Positions 17,536 to 26,786 of a stretch of DNA of 32,000 nucleotides are shown here, one piece after another. Origin of the DNA: Thermoproteus tenax Kra 1 (GTDB lineage: Archaea > Thermoproteota > Thermoprotei > Thermoproteales > Thermoproteaceae); contig NC_016070.1 in assembly GCF_000253055.1 (NCBI RefSeq), forward strand, positions 1,020,001-1,052,000, read 5' to 3'. Position 1 is the first letter of the stretch. Every line of letters begins with the position of its first letter. The translations under genes and the position numbers were made by a program. The notes under the pieces are model-generated. The model was not told the origin of the DNA, did not search any database, and worked only from the letters and a program-made list of their open reading frames with translations.

Positions 17536-18170
17536 TGGGGGCAGGCCCCGGCGACCCCAAGCTCTTGACGGTGAGGGCTAGGGAGCTGCTCGAGCAAGCC
17601 GACGTGGTGGCATACGGCGACCTCGTGCCGGAGGAGGTGGCGAGGATCGCGGGGAGGGCCCGCTTGGTGAGGATCGGCCACAGGAGGGCGGAGCACGACG
17701 CAGCTATAGACGCCCTGATAGAGGAGGCGCGGAGGAGCAACGTGGTGATTCTTAAGAACGGCGACCCGGCCATATTCGGGAGGGGGATCAAGATATGTAA
17801 AAAGGCTAGGGAGAGGGGGGTGCCGTGCGAGGTTGTGCCGGGCGTCAGCTCTTTTACGGCCGCGGCCGCCCTCTTCCAGATCGAGCTTACAGACGGCGAA
17901 GATCTTAGACATATAGCCCTCCTCTCCTATCCCCACTTCTCGGCGGATATCTTGAGGGAGGTTAAGGCGGACACCATAGTCATATTCATGATGGGGGACA
18001 GACTACAGGAGGTAGGCCAGGTGTTGGCCCAAGTCTGTAACCCAGAGAGAGTATACCTCTGCGTGGGAGTATCCACGGGGGGCCGTTGCGAGGAGGTCGC
18101 CCTCGAGGCCCTGGGAGAGAGGAGGGGGGTGAGGCCTGCTCTCGTCATAGTCCAGCGGTGTAGATCTTAA
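17520..18170 (+). CDS. SAM-dependent tetrapyrrole C-methyltransferase (uroporphyrinogen-III or precorrin type)
   Basis: [60 protein letters not shown]. ATG overlaps the end of cbiA; the longer ORF-track start is spurious. Confidence 0.85.
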   Translation: [216 protein letters not shown]

Positions 18171-18273
18171 GCGGCTCGGGCGAGGGGCCCGCTCTGCGTT
18201 GGGCGGGGGCGCTACTTGGAGGCTGCGCGAGGGGGACAGCTTGATATCGGCCGTGGGCTTGAGGACGCCGGAG

Positions 18274-18888
18274 TTAGCCGACGGAGGTCCTCCTCCCCCT
18301 CATAAGAGGTCTGCCGAAGTCGAACCGCTCGTCCCTCCAGGGATCTGCGTTGAGCGAGTACCCCCTCATCTCCCAGTAGCCCGGCACGTGCTCCGTGAGC
18401 ACCTCCACTGCGGCGAAGTATTTCACGGATTTCCACGCGTAGCGCGTGGGGACCACTAGGCGGGCCGGAGCGCCGTGCCTCTTGGGGAGCGGCTGGCCGT
18501 TCATGGCCCAGGCCACGATGGTGCTCTCCTCCATCAGCGCCTCTATGGGGAGGCTGGCGGAGTAGCCGTCTGCGCCCCAGACTAAGGCGTAGGCGCCGTA
18601 GGGCCTCGCCTGCTCCAACAGGTGCCTCAGAGGCGCCCCCGTCCACTTCACAGACTCGATCGACCATCCAGTCACACAGTGGAAGGGCGCCACCAGCTCC
18701 ACGCAGGGCCCCTCCTCCATAAGCCTCTTGAGCGGGACCTCCAACGGCCTCTCGACCGCGCCGTAGATCTTTATTGTGTGCCTCTCGGGCGGTATATCCG
18801 GCGGCTCGAACACGTCGTAGACGACGAACCTCTTGGCTCTGATTTGGCCGGGCGGCCACGGCCTATCCACTACTATCTGCCGACACAT
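18274..18888 (-). CDS. Sulfite-oxidase-fold molybdopterin-binding oxidoreductase
   Basis: PFHCVTGWSIESVKWTGAPLRHLLEQA...GADGYSASLPIE with candidate Mo-ligating Cys; ends YWEMRGYSLNADPW. Confidence 0.82.
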   Translation of the reverse strand: MCRQIVVDRPWPPGQIRAKRFVVYDVFEPPDIPPERHTIKIYGAVERPLEVPLKRLMEEGPCVELVAPFHCVTGWSIESVKWTGAPLRHLLEQARPYGAYALVWGADGYSASLPIEALMEESTIVAWAMNGQPLPKRHGAPARLVVPTRYAWKSVKYFAAVEVLTEHVPGYWEMRGYSLNADPWRDERFDFGRPLMRGRRTSVG

Positions 18889-18915
18889 GGAGTAGCCCCG
18901 ACTTCCACTAAAAAG

Positions 18916-19506
18916 TTATGGGGGGACTTCCTGCAGCAAGACCACCTGCGTGTAGGGCTGGGCCATGTCTCTGAACTTGTAGAAGAGGGCGGCGTTGGGG
19001 AAATGGAGTGGCACCGCTATCTTGGGCCTCAGAAGCTTCACCGCCTCCACAGCCTCCTCCGGGGTCATAACGCCGTCTCCCCCGATGGGGGCAAGAAAGA
19101 TGTCTGCGCCGGCCGCCTCGCCCATCTCCTTTATGAGGTCCGTGTCGCCGGGGTGATAGACTGAGGCTCCGCCGGCTTCAACCAGATAGCCCACGCCGCC
19201 TCTGTGGATCGGAGCCCCTCCCTCAAGCTTGGTCACATTGTAGGCGGGCAGAACTCTGACGGAGAAGGGGCCCAGCCTCAACGAGTCCCCCGGCTTGGCC
19301 CGGCCATTGAAGGGGGCCAGGAACTCGCCTCCGTATCCGCCGTAGTGCCTGGGGTGGGGGTGGGTGTAGAGCACGTGGGCGCACGTCGGCCTCAAGACGT
19401 CTATACACAACGTAGACCCCTCGGCCGCCACCACTACGCCTGCGTAGTCCGCCCTCCAGAGAGTTAGCCCTCTGAAGGACAGCTTGTGCACTGAGCCGAA
19501 CAACAC
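18916..19506 (-). CDS. Metallo-beta-lactamase-fold protein
   Basis: LYTHPHPRHYGG, VYHPGDTDLIKEM, VPLHFPN: YtkL/UPF0173-like layout. Confidence 0.75.
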   Translation of the reverse strand: MLFGSVHKLSFRGLTLWRADYAGVVVAAEGSTLCIDVLRPTCAHVLYTHPHPRHYGGYGGEFLAPFNGRAKPGDSLRLGPFSVRVLPAYNVTKLEGGAPIHRGGVGYLVEAGGASVYHPGDTDLIKEMGEAAGADIFLAPIGGDGVMTPEEAVEAVKLLRPKIAVPLHFPNAALFYKFRDMAQPYTQVVLLQEVPP

Positions 19507-19511
19507 CTCCG

Positions 19512-20195
19512 TTATATCTTTATCCTCCCTCTGTCGCAGAAAACTACAAAGCCTCTGCCGCGCGCATTTGCCACTAGAGTGACGCCGAGCTTACACGCCA
19601 TCTCAACACCGCTATAAAGGGGGCCTCTAATGCTAATTACAACTGGAGAGCCCACGGCGTATGCCCTGGCTACTATGTCCGCTGAGGCGCGCCCGGTGGT
19701 CAAGACGATACCGCCTCTGATCCCCCTCTTGAGCGCCTTACCCACTAGCTTCAAGGCTGAGGAATGTCTACTGACGTCATGGGCGACTAGCCACTCCCCA
19801 TTCACGATTGCAGCAGTGTGCATCGCCAAAGTGGGCTCTACAGCGGGCATCGTGAACTTGGCGAACTCTGAGGCGAGCGCTCTGACTTGCTCCATGCTTA
19901 TGCTCGTCTCTACGATCCCCCTCCTGAGGGCACTGAGGGCGCCCCCGCACTCCTCTAGCGTCGTATGGACGCCAGTCCGCCTAGCCTTGACCTTGGCAAT
20001 GATCTTATTGTCGCGCACCTCCACTTCCTCAACATCGCCTAGGGCATCTATATAGCCCTCAGCGTAGAGGAACCCTAGGGCTAGGTCGTCGAGTTCGCTG
20101 GGAGTAGCCACGACAGTGGCCACAAGAGCGTCGTTGACATAGATCTCTATCATTCTATCTACCGCAACCTTTATTCCGTATATCTCACGCCACAT
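19512..20195 (-). CDS. fdhD: Formate dehydrogenase accessory sulfurtransferase
   Basis: PSELDDLALGFLYAEGYI; MHTAAIVNGEWLVAHDVSRHSSALKLVGKAL; TTGRASADIVARA. Confidence 0.9.
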   Translation of the reverse strand: MWREIYGIKVAVDRMIEIYVNDALVATVVATPSELDDLALGFLYAEGYIDALGDVEEVEVRDNKIIAKVKARRTGVHTTLEECGGALSALRRGIVETSISMEQVRALASEFAKFTMPAVEPTLAMHTAAIVNGEWLVAHDVSRHSSALKLVGKALKRGIRGGIVLTTGRASADIVARAYAVGSPVVISIRGPLYSGVEMACKLGVTLVANARGRGFVVFCDRGRIKI

Positions 20196-20760
20196 GGTTG
20201 GCTAATATCCTTAGCGCATATTGAGCCACCTCGTCGACTTCTCCATAGGCCTCTACGTGTACAAATCCACATCTTCTACATTTATTGAAGAAGATTCCCT
20301 CCAGCTTCTCGTTGATAAAGACGTCGAAGTTCTCCCTCCCTTCCACGCCGCAATTGGGGCAGCGCCACCACTTATAGCGCCAAGTGAAGCCGCAGACGCA
20401 TCTCGCCACACGCTCCTTCCCCTCGAAGAACGCACTGTTCACCTTCCTCACCAAGAACAGTTGGGGCCGTCTCCCGCATATTGGGCAATAGTCCTCCGAC
20501 CATCCTCTGAAGCTCCCTCCGTACATTGAGGCGAGCTTCCGTGCAACAATCAGTTGGCCCAAGCTCTGATCGCCCACCAGAGCCTCATAATCTCCAAGGT
20601 TCTCCACTTGTTTCAGGAGAGGAGGAGTAAAAGACTTGAGAGATGGAGTCAGCTGAGAGGATCCCAAAAAAGAGTTGAGCTCCTTGGGTATATTCAATAG
20701 TTCCTCTCTGCACTCTTCATTATCCCCACAGATTAAATTAAGTAGTACTTCTTTTGACAT
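20185..20760 (-). CDS. fdhE: FdhE-like formate dehydrogenase assembly protein
   Basis: CPICGRRP, CVCGFTWRYKWWRCPNCG, NKCRRCGFVHVEAYG rubredoxin-like cysteine pairs; in the fdh gene order. Confidence 0.8.
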   Translation of the reverse strand: MSKEVLLNLICGDNEECREELLNIPKELNSFLGSSQLTPSLKSFTPPLLKQVENLGDYEALVGDQSLGQLIVARKLASMYGGSFRGWSEDYCPICGRRPQLFLVRKVNSAFFEGKERVARCVCGFTWRYKWWRCPNCGVEGRENFDVFINEKLEGIFFNKCRRCGFVHVEAYGEVDEVAQYALRILANHVA

Positions 20761-21481
20761 ATTTCAAATATTTAGGCATATGTCTTTGAGCCCAACTTAG
20801 GGGTATTTTGCCGTATCCAAACATTGCCAGTAACAGAGGTCTGTTTGTCGGATGCAACACTGCAAATAGGTGAGCGAAGATGAATATCAAGCCTAGGTAG
20901 AACCCAAGGTCGTGTAGTAGTAATAAAATTCTATATTCGTCGATTGTAAGCCCGAGGATGTTGGCGTAGACCATGAGCACTCCGCTGATTGACAACAAGA
21001 GAATTGACGCCACAAGCTCTATTGCCATATAAGCCACCAAGACGTTGTGTCTCTCCAAATTTTCAGCGACATCGTTGGGTAAAGGCTTTCCGAAGACATA
21101 GTGGTCTACTAGCGCCCTCGCCTCTCTTATCTGTTGGCCCAAGGGCCTCTTTAATGCGTCGAATACTCTAATACGCTTGAAGGCCAATAAATAGATCGCG
21201 TAGATTATGAGGAAGAGCCCCCATAGCTCTCCGAGGAATCTATGGGACGTTCTGGCGAGCTCCTCGCCTATGGACACAGGGTAGGGATTACCCAAAAGGG
21301 AGGCTAGGGGAGCTCCCACGGCATAACTGAGCCAGCTCATTAGATCGGGGAACAGCAACATGGCGCCTGTCACAGCCAAGAGCGTAAACAATACCAAGTT
21401 GAGCGAGTGGGCGACCTTATAGCCCACTGATATAACCTCGACCTCTTCTATATTCTTTTTTTCATAATTTACACTACTCAT
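20738..21481 (-). CDS. Formate dehydrogenase cytochrome b (gamma) subunit
   Basis: KVAHSLNLVLFTLLAVTGAMLLFP, SHRFLGELWGLFLIIYAIYL, LLLLHDLGFYLGLIFIFAHLFAVLH: haem-ligating histidines in helices. Confidence 0.82.
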   Translation of the reverse strand: MSSVNYEKKNIEEVEVISVGYKVAHSLNLVLFTLLAVTGAMLLFPDLMSWLSYAVGAPLASLLGNPYPVSIGEELARTSHRFLGELWGLFLIIYAIYLLAFKRIRVFDALKRPLGQQIREARALVDHYVFGKPLPNDVAENLERHNVLVAYMAIELVASILLLSISGVLMVYANILGLTIDEYRILLLLHDLGFYLGLIFIFAHLFAVLHPTNRPLLLAMFGYGKIPLSWAQRHMPKYLKYVKRSTT

Positions 21482-21510
21482 AATAAGATATTGAGTATTA
21501 ATTTAAAAAT

Positions 21511-22377
21511 TTATTGTCCAGAAGATTGTGCCGAGGACTTCGACCTCTCTTGTTCCTCGATGCGCGACTTGCGCCAAGAGGCGATTCCAACGGCGGCTAG
21601 CCCCACAGCCAACACGGGAGCGCCCACTACGGCGACTTCTTTCAACGCCTCTCTGATCGAGTTTGTCGGCACTACAGCTTGGCTCGGGAAGTGTTGTTGT
21701 ATGGCGAACGACTTTCTGTCAGATGAGACGTAAATCCATCTCACTTGTCCTCCAACGTAAGGATCTAGGTCGAGCCCATACACCACTCTGCCCTTGGACT
21801 GTTCCTCTCTAGCCCTCTGAATTATCTCCGAGGCCACTCCGAAGGTGAAGACGCCAGTGGGGCATACCTCGACGCATGCGGGCTCTCTCCCATTCTGGAT
21901 CCTATCAACGCAGAATGTACACTTGTAATACTTTCCGTCATCGCCTCTCCTAGGCACATTATAGGGACAAGCGTTCTGACAGAATCCGCAGCCTATACAC
22001 TGCTCCTTGTTTATGACCACGGCCCCCTCAGGCGTGACAGATATAGCGCCGGACGGACACGATCTGGCACACGGCGCCTCCACACAGTGTAGGCATTGGG
22101 CCGGCAACGGCGCAAAGTCCACTTGTTCAAACACAAGCTCTCCAGCCGGAGTGGCCAAACCCTTCTTAGTGGTTCCCTCGTAGTAGAACACGACCTTCCA
22201 GTCCTGGGCTGTGAAGTCCGGAGGATTAGTAAAGGTCGGACTAAATGAGGTTTTGACAGGCGATAGCCCGTTCCAGTCTTTACAAGCGAGCTGGCACGCT
22301 CTACAGCCTATACACTTATCTATGTCGACCAAGACGGCGTATCCTTGATCAGCCGGCGGGAAGTTGACGGACACCAT
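21511..22377 (-). CDS. fdhB: Formate dehydrogenase iron-sulfur (beta) subunit
   Basis: CIGCRACQLACKDWN, CLHCVEAPCARSCPSGA, CIGCGFCQNACPYNVP, CTFCVDRIQNGREPACVEVCPTGV; C-terminal transmembrane helix. Confidence 0.9.
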   Translation of the reverse strand: MVSVNFPPADQGYAVLVDIDKCIGCRACQLACKDWNGLSPVKTSFSPTFTNPPDFTAQDWKVVFYYEGTTKKGLATPAGELVFEQVDFAPLPAQCLHCVEAPCARSCPSGAISVTPEGAVVINKEQCIGCGFCQNACPYNVPRRGDDGKYYKCTFCVDRIQNGREPACVEVCPTGVFTFGVASEIIQRAREEQSKGRVVYGLDLDPYVGGQVRWIYVSSDRKSFAIQQHFPSQAVVPTNSIREALKEVAVVGAPVLAVGLAAVGIASWRKSRIEEQERSKSSAQSSGQ

Positions 22378-22379
22378 GG

Positions 22380-25300
22380 CTACACGCTAGGGGCTTTTCT
22401 TATCATGCCCAACCACGCCTTCGACTCTTGTATGGTGGTGATAACGTCTCCTACATCTGGCACTAGGAAGTTGGCGGAAGCGCCTGTGTCCGTGCCCTGG
22501 AAGCTCCAGCTCCATACCACGTTCACCACTGGGACAGTCTGCCCGTTAACGCTCACATAGGCCTCGCCGTCTGTGACAAATGCCCTGAGCTTTATGCCGC
22601 CGCGGGCCGTCCAAATCTCCACGTAGTCGCCGCTGTTGATCCCAAGTTGTTGGGCCAATGATTTTGAGACTATCGCGAAGGGCCTCGGGACAAGCTCCAC
22701 GAGATCGGGTATGTTCCGGGTCATCGAGCCGCTGTGCCAATGCTCTGTGAGCCTGTTGGAGGTAAGGGCTACGGTGATCCCAGTTATGCCCAAGCCCTGT
22801 AGTTCTGCCTGCAACTCCTTGGGATCCAAGGCAACTCCAGTCATGCCTCTGGACACTACGTCGGGTTGGTTGTTCAACACCATTAAGTTGTAGGGGTTGA
22901 GCCACGCCAGCGTGGGATACGATATGGCCATGTCTGTCACAGGAGACTCTACAGGCTCTGCGTGGATCGGCCACTGGAAGGTATAGCCCTTGTACCAACC
23001 GCCCATCTCTTGTATAACCTTCAGCGTGGCCGCCTTAAGGTCTCCAAGCTGTTGATAGTACTGTTTAAGCAGACTCCTCATCTTCTCGTAAGTGGGCTTA
23101 AACTGCCTCCAACCTGAGCCTGGATAGAATACCCTCTTTAGGAACGCTTTGTCCGACAGAGTCTCTTGGTCCCAATATAGGGCATCATTGGCCCACAGAT
23201 ACCTCATACCTGTCATAGCAGCATAGGAGTCGAAGTCCACTAGTTGCACGCCGGTATCTGTCTCTACGACGAACTTCCCGAGGAAGACCTTCTCGCCGGT
23301 TCTTATGAATTTCATGAGGTCCAGTCCTCCGAAGAGGTCTGCGACGCCGCTTAACCTCCTCTTGAACGTCTTAGGGGCGAAGAAGTTATGGCCTGGGACG
23401 AAAGCAGGTCTATATTCGCCGGTATATTCATCTATTATCTCGCCGGTCTCGCCAGTGACCGTCCACTGCTGGCCTGCGGCGTTTACGACGTCTGGCTTCC
23501 CCAATATCACTTCTAGTGAGTCGAAGTTGTACATAAAGCGCACGTTCATGGGCCACGACCACCCCCAGTTCTTGTAGACCTTGAAAGTCGAACTGAAGGT
23601 TCCGTCTATTTCGCCGGGCTTTCTAAGCTCATTGGACCTCCTCATAGGAGTGAAGCTATCCCTCACGGGATCGTATATGCCTTGGTATATCATTACGGCA
23701 TAGTTAATCTCCTTGGTTATAATACGGGGGTTTACCTCGGCCTCTATATCCGAGATAGGCGCGGAGGAGCCGACCCCGCCTGAGTAGTCCCAGGAGTGGT
23801 CGGGCCTCAGAGGACGCTCGTAGACAAATATTATATTGCCCCGTTTTCTGAACTTAACTTCCTCTTTGTTTACGCCGGCAACCTCGCTCGGAAGAAGCAC
23901 AGCCCCCTCCTTTCTTAAATACTTGTAGAGACCGGCTATTATCCAATAGTCAGGCCTGGCCTCTCCCCTCGGAGGAACTGCCCTCCACGTCCACTGGATG
24001 ACTCTATTACCATCGGTCCTCGTTCCTTCCTTCTCGGCGAAGGCGGCGCCAGGCAAGACCACGTCGGCGAACCAAGCCGTCTCAGTCTCAAATATATCGG
24101 TTAATACTAAAAGTTGGAGGCTTGAAAGAGCGGCCATCACTAGCTTGACGTTGGGGTTCGTTACAGCCGGGTTTTCTGCGAATATGAGCGCTGCGTTAAT
24201 CTTGCCGGCCAAGGCGTTTCTAATGAAGGTTACTTCTGAATAGCCCGTCCCGAACGGTATATCGCATACGACTTTGCCGTTCACAGGATCGTCTGGAGGT
24301 ATCGTCCCACAGTAGATTCCCCAGAGGAGCTCAAAACGGCGCCAACCATAGAAGTTATATACGGCGAGGGCCTTGGCTACATCTGCGGCGCCTCTAGACG
24401 GAGTTGAGGTCGAGAAGCTCTTGAGGGCCCAGTCTGGGACCTCCCAGTTCCAAGCGTCCGGCATTCCTTGGAGCTTCCACTCTTGGTAGAGTCTAACGTC
24501 GAACGAGGTCGCAGGCTGTGCATGGTAACCGGGCAACACGCCGAGTCCTCCGCCTTGGACGTCCGTCGCACCTTGGACGTTGCTATGTCCGCGGAACGGA
24601 TGAGTTCCGCCGCCGGGATAACCCACGTTTCCCAAAAGCAGTTGGACTATCGCGGCAGCGCGTATGATGCTCAAGGTCGCATCAGTATGTTGGGTGAACC
24701 CCATGGCCCACTGGATTACGCCATGTTTCTTGTGCCCCGTGACGACGCCGCTGTTTTCGACGAAGATGCTGGCAACAGTCCTCAATAGATCCGGAGGAGC
24801 GCCTGTAATGTTGGCGACAGTCTGTAGGTCGTACTCAGAGATCAAGGCCTTTAAATCCTCCAGATCATCTTGTGTTATATTCCACCTCTGGGCCATGAGC
24901 CTTTGGAACTCGGGCAATTGATCTATTGGCGGATTTCTCTCAAAGAATGCATAGTGCAGAATATAGTTCAAGATGGCTGTGTCAGTGCCGGGGCGGAAGG
25001 GCACCCATATATCGCTCGCTTCGGCGGTTCTGCTATACCTTGGGTCGAAGGTGATCAGTATCGTTCCCCTCTCCCTCTTCCCTTTAAGGAAATAGTAGAA
25101 CGACAGCGGGTGCGCCTCGGCGGGGCTCGAGAAGAACAAGACGACGTCAGCCAGAGCTACGTCCTCGATGCTTGCGGTCTCAGCCCCCCATCCATAGGTA
25201 AGAGCCAGAGCCGTTACAGTAGAGGAATGACACTTCCTATACTGGGAATCTGTGTTAGATGTACCCAAGAAGGCCGCCAATTTGCGGGACAGATAAGCCT

Positions 25301-25907
25301 CCTCATTTGTCAAAATAGAGGAGCCTATAACCATGACTGGGTTGTTCGTCCCCACGTAGTAGTAGCCGTCTTTCTGAACGGGGGCGCCCGTGGCGTTCCT
25401 CCACTGATTCAATATGGAGGCGAGCCTTCTGGCTATAAAGGTGAAGGCCTCCTCCCACGAAACCTTTTCCCACTGAGGCGGGTACCTCTTTACGACTGCC
25501 ACTAGGTCGTCCCACGTCTTGGCGCTCAGAATCTCCTCAACGGGAGGCTTGGGACCCGTTCTTATCATGGGCGAGTCGAGCCTCTTGGGATTTGTCACAA
25601 GTTGATATGCTACCTTTCCCTTTGGACACAGCGCGCCCCAATTTATATATGAGTCGGAGGAGCCCGACGTCCAAACTACGTCGTTGCCGGCAGTGTAGAA
25701 GTCTATGGAGCACCCCATTGAGCAGAACGGGCAGATGACTGGCGTTACCCTCGTCCTTGTCAGAGCGCTCTTGCCGCCGATCTCGCCAAGAGTCCAAGAG
25801 GTCTTTTGGAGTATTAATGGGGATTGGGCCGAGCTCGGAAGCCCCAACGCCAGAGCGGCCAAGGCGGATATTTTAAGGAAGCCTCTCCTAGTCGTTGATA
25901 CCGTCAT
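22380..25907 (-). CDS. fdhA: Molybdopterin formate dehydrogenase alpha subunit, Tat-exported, cysteine-type
   Basis: TTRRGFLKISALAALALG Tat signal; CPFCSMGCS..CPKG [4Fe-4S] site; YRKCHSSTVTAL active-site motif with Cys. Confidence 0.88.
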   Translation of the reverse strand: MTVSTTRRGFLKISALAALALGLPSSAQSPLILQKTSWTLGEIGGKSALTRTRVTPVICPFCSMGCSIDFYTAGNDVVWTSGSSDSYINWGALCPKGKVAYQLVTNPKRLDSPMIRTGPKPPVEEILSAKTWDDLVAVVKRYPPQWEKVSWEEAFTFIARRLASILNQWRNATGAPVQKDGYYYVGTNNPVMVIGSSILTNEEAYLSRKLAAFLGTSNTDSQYRKCHSSTVTALALTYGWGAETASIEDVALADVVLFFSSPAEAHPLSFYYFLKGKRERGTILITFDPRYSRTAEASDIWVPFRPGTDTAILNYILHYAFFERNPPIDQLPEFQRLMAQRWNITQDDLEDLKALISEYDLQTVANITGAPPDLLRTVASIFVENSGVVTGHKKHGVIQWAMGFTQHTDATLSIIRAAAIVQLLLGNVGYPGGGTHPFRGHSNVQGATDVQGGGLGVLPGYHAQPATSFDVRLYQEWKLQGMPDAWNWEVPDWALKSFSTSTPSRGAADVAKALAVYNFYGWRRFELLWGIYCGTIPPDDPVNGKVVCDIPFGTGYSEVTFIRNALAGKINAALIFAENPAVTNPNVKLVMAALSSLQLLVLTDIFETETAWFADVVLPGAAFAEKEGTRTDGNRVIQWTWRAVPPRGEARPDYWIIAGLYKYLRKEGAVLLPSEVAGVNKEEVKFRKRGNIIFVYERPLRPDHSWDYSGGVGSSAPISDIEAEVNPRIITKEINYAVMIYQGIYDPVRDSFTPMRRSNELRKPGEIDGTFSSTFKVYKNWGWSWPMNVRFMYNFDSLEVILGKPDVVNAAGQQWTVTGETGEIIDEYTGEYRPAFVPGHNFFAPKTFKRRLSGVADLFGGLDLMKFIRTGEKVFLGKFVVETDTGVQLVDFDSYAAMTGMRYLWANDALYWDQETLSDKAFLKRVFYPGSGWRQFKPTYEKMRSLLKQYYQQLGDLKAATLKVIQEMGGWYKGYTFQWPIHAEPVESPVTDMAISYPTLAWLNPYNLMVLNNQPDVVSRGMTGVALDPKELQAELQGLGITGITVALTSNRLTEHWHSGSMTRNIPDLVELVPRPFAIVSKSLAQQLGINSGDYVEIWTARGGIKLRAFVTDGEAYVSVNGQTVPVVNVVWSWSFQGTDTGASANFLVPDVGDVITTIQESKAWLGMIRKAPSV

Positions 25908-26104
25908 GAGCTCCCCCAGTTCTTGTCGCGCTTCCCCAAGACTTTCTTAGCGGTAAGACAAGTATAGTCCTCCTCAGCCATAACCAGCCCGTAGAGACCT
26001 CCGAGACTCTCGCCCATCAGCCTCAGCTCTCTATCGAAAACCTCCAAGAACTGGGCGTGTTGCTTTTTGACCGCGTCGATGATACCAACATCTGGATGCT
26101 CCAT
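25904..26104 (-). CDS. Small uncharacterised protein leading the fdh operon
   Basis: 66 aa; overlaps the fdhA start by 4 nt; TTATATAGG at 26122-26130 is ~22 nt upstream of its ATG. Confidence 0.6.
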   Translation of the reverse strand: MEHPDVGIIDAVKKQHAQFLEVFDRELRLMGESLGGLYGLVMAEEDYTCLTAKKVLGKRDKNWGSS

Positions 26105-26121
26105 GGAAATCAGACTATCAC

Positions 26122-26130
26122 CCTATATAA
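26122..26130 (-). promoter_or_regulatory. Putative TATA box of the fdh operon
   Basis: TTATATAGG on the minus strand, leaderless spacing to ATG 26104. Confidence 0.55.
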
Positions 26131-26213
26131 TTATTGTTCAATATTTTTTCGAATACAGCATTTATGCTGGAAAATAGAGATATGTCTAAGAACTCTTTAG
26201 TTTACAATGTTTG

Positions 26214-26786
26214 TTACTCTAATTTTATAAATAACTTTTTACATCTATCGAATAAATATTTGGAACAATAGCTACAATAACCCAAGAACCACACCTCGCC
26301 ATCGCTGCTGCTGATCAAGATTCCCCTATGTCCTCCGTGATTCAACGTAGGGAACTCTCTAGCTACAATCTCGGCCACCACCTCTACGACCTCGCTGTCT
26401 AGCCCTCTGATCCTTTCAACCTCAAAGGGCCTTCCCAAGAGCTTGAACGTAGCGTTTAGGATGTCGTTATCTAGCTCGTCTTCATACTGGGCCAAAAGAG
26501 ATAGGAACTTGCAGACATTGCCAGACTTCACTTTGTAGATAACCCTGAACACAGATGCGACCACTTCGTCGCATCCATAATTCTTGACATATTTTAAAAG
26601 CCCTCGGAGCGTCGGGCTCACGATCTCGTTTAAGGTCTGTGTGTATCCCCTACGCTCCAACACTGACAGCTCATAATAAACTGAAGATGTCGGATAAGCC
26701 AACGACTTGGCGATGCGATACTTAGTCGCAGGGTATAATCGAACTACTGCCCTCAATACTTCGACGAGCCTATCGTTAATTTTCAC
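26214..26786 (-). CDS. Winged-helix protein with C-terminal cysteines
   Basis: 190 aa; TKYRIAKSLAYPTSSVYYELSVLERRGY...VSPTLRGLLKYVKNYG; C-terminal CSYCSKYLFDRCKK. Confidence 0.75.
   Translation of the reverse strand: MKINDRLVEVLRAVVRLYPATKYRIAKSLAYPTSSVYYELSVLERRGYTQTLNEIVSPTLRGLLKYVKNYGCDEVVASVFRVIYKVKSGNVCKFLSLLAQYEDELDNDILNATFKLLGRPFEVERIRGLDSEVVEVVAEIVAREFPTLNHGGHRGILISSSDGEVWFLGYCSYCSKYLFDRCKKLFIKLE

Noticed and set aside
22380-25907. Selenocysteine codon in fdhA
   Set aside because: The active-site motif reads YRKCHSSTV with an ordinary Cys and no internal stop.
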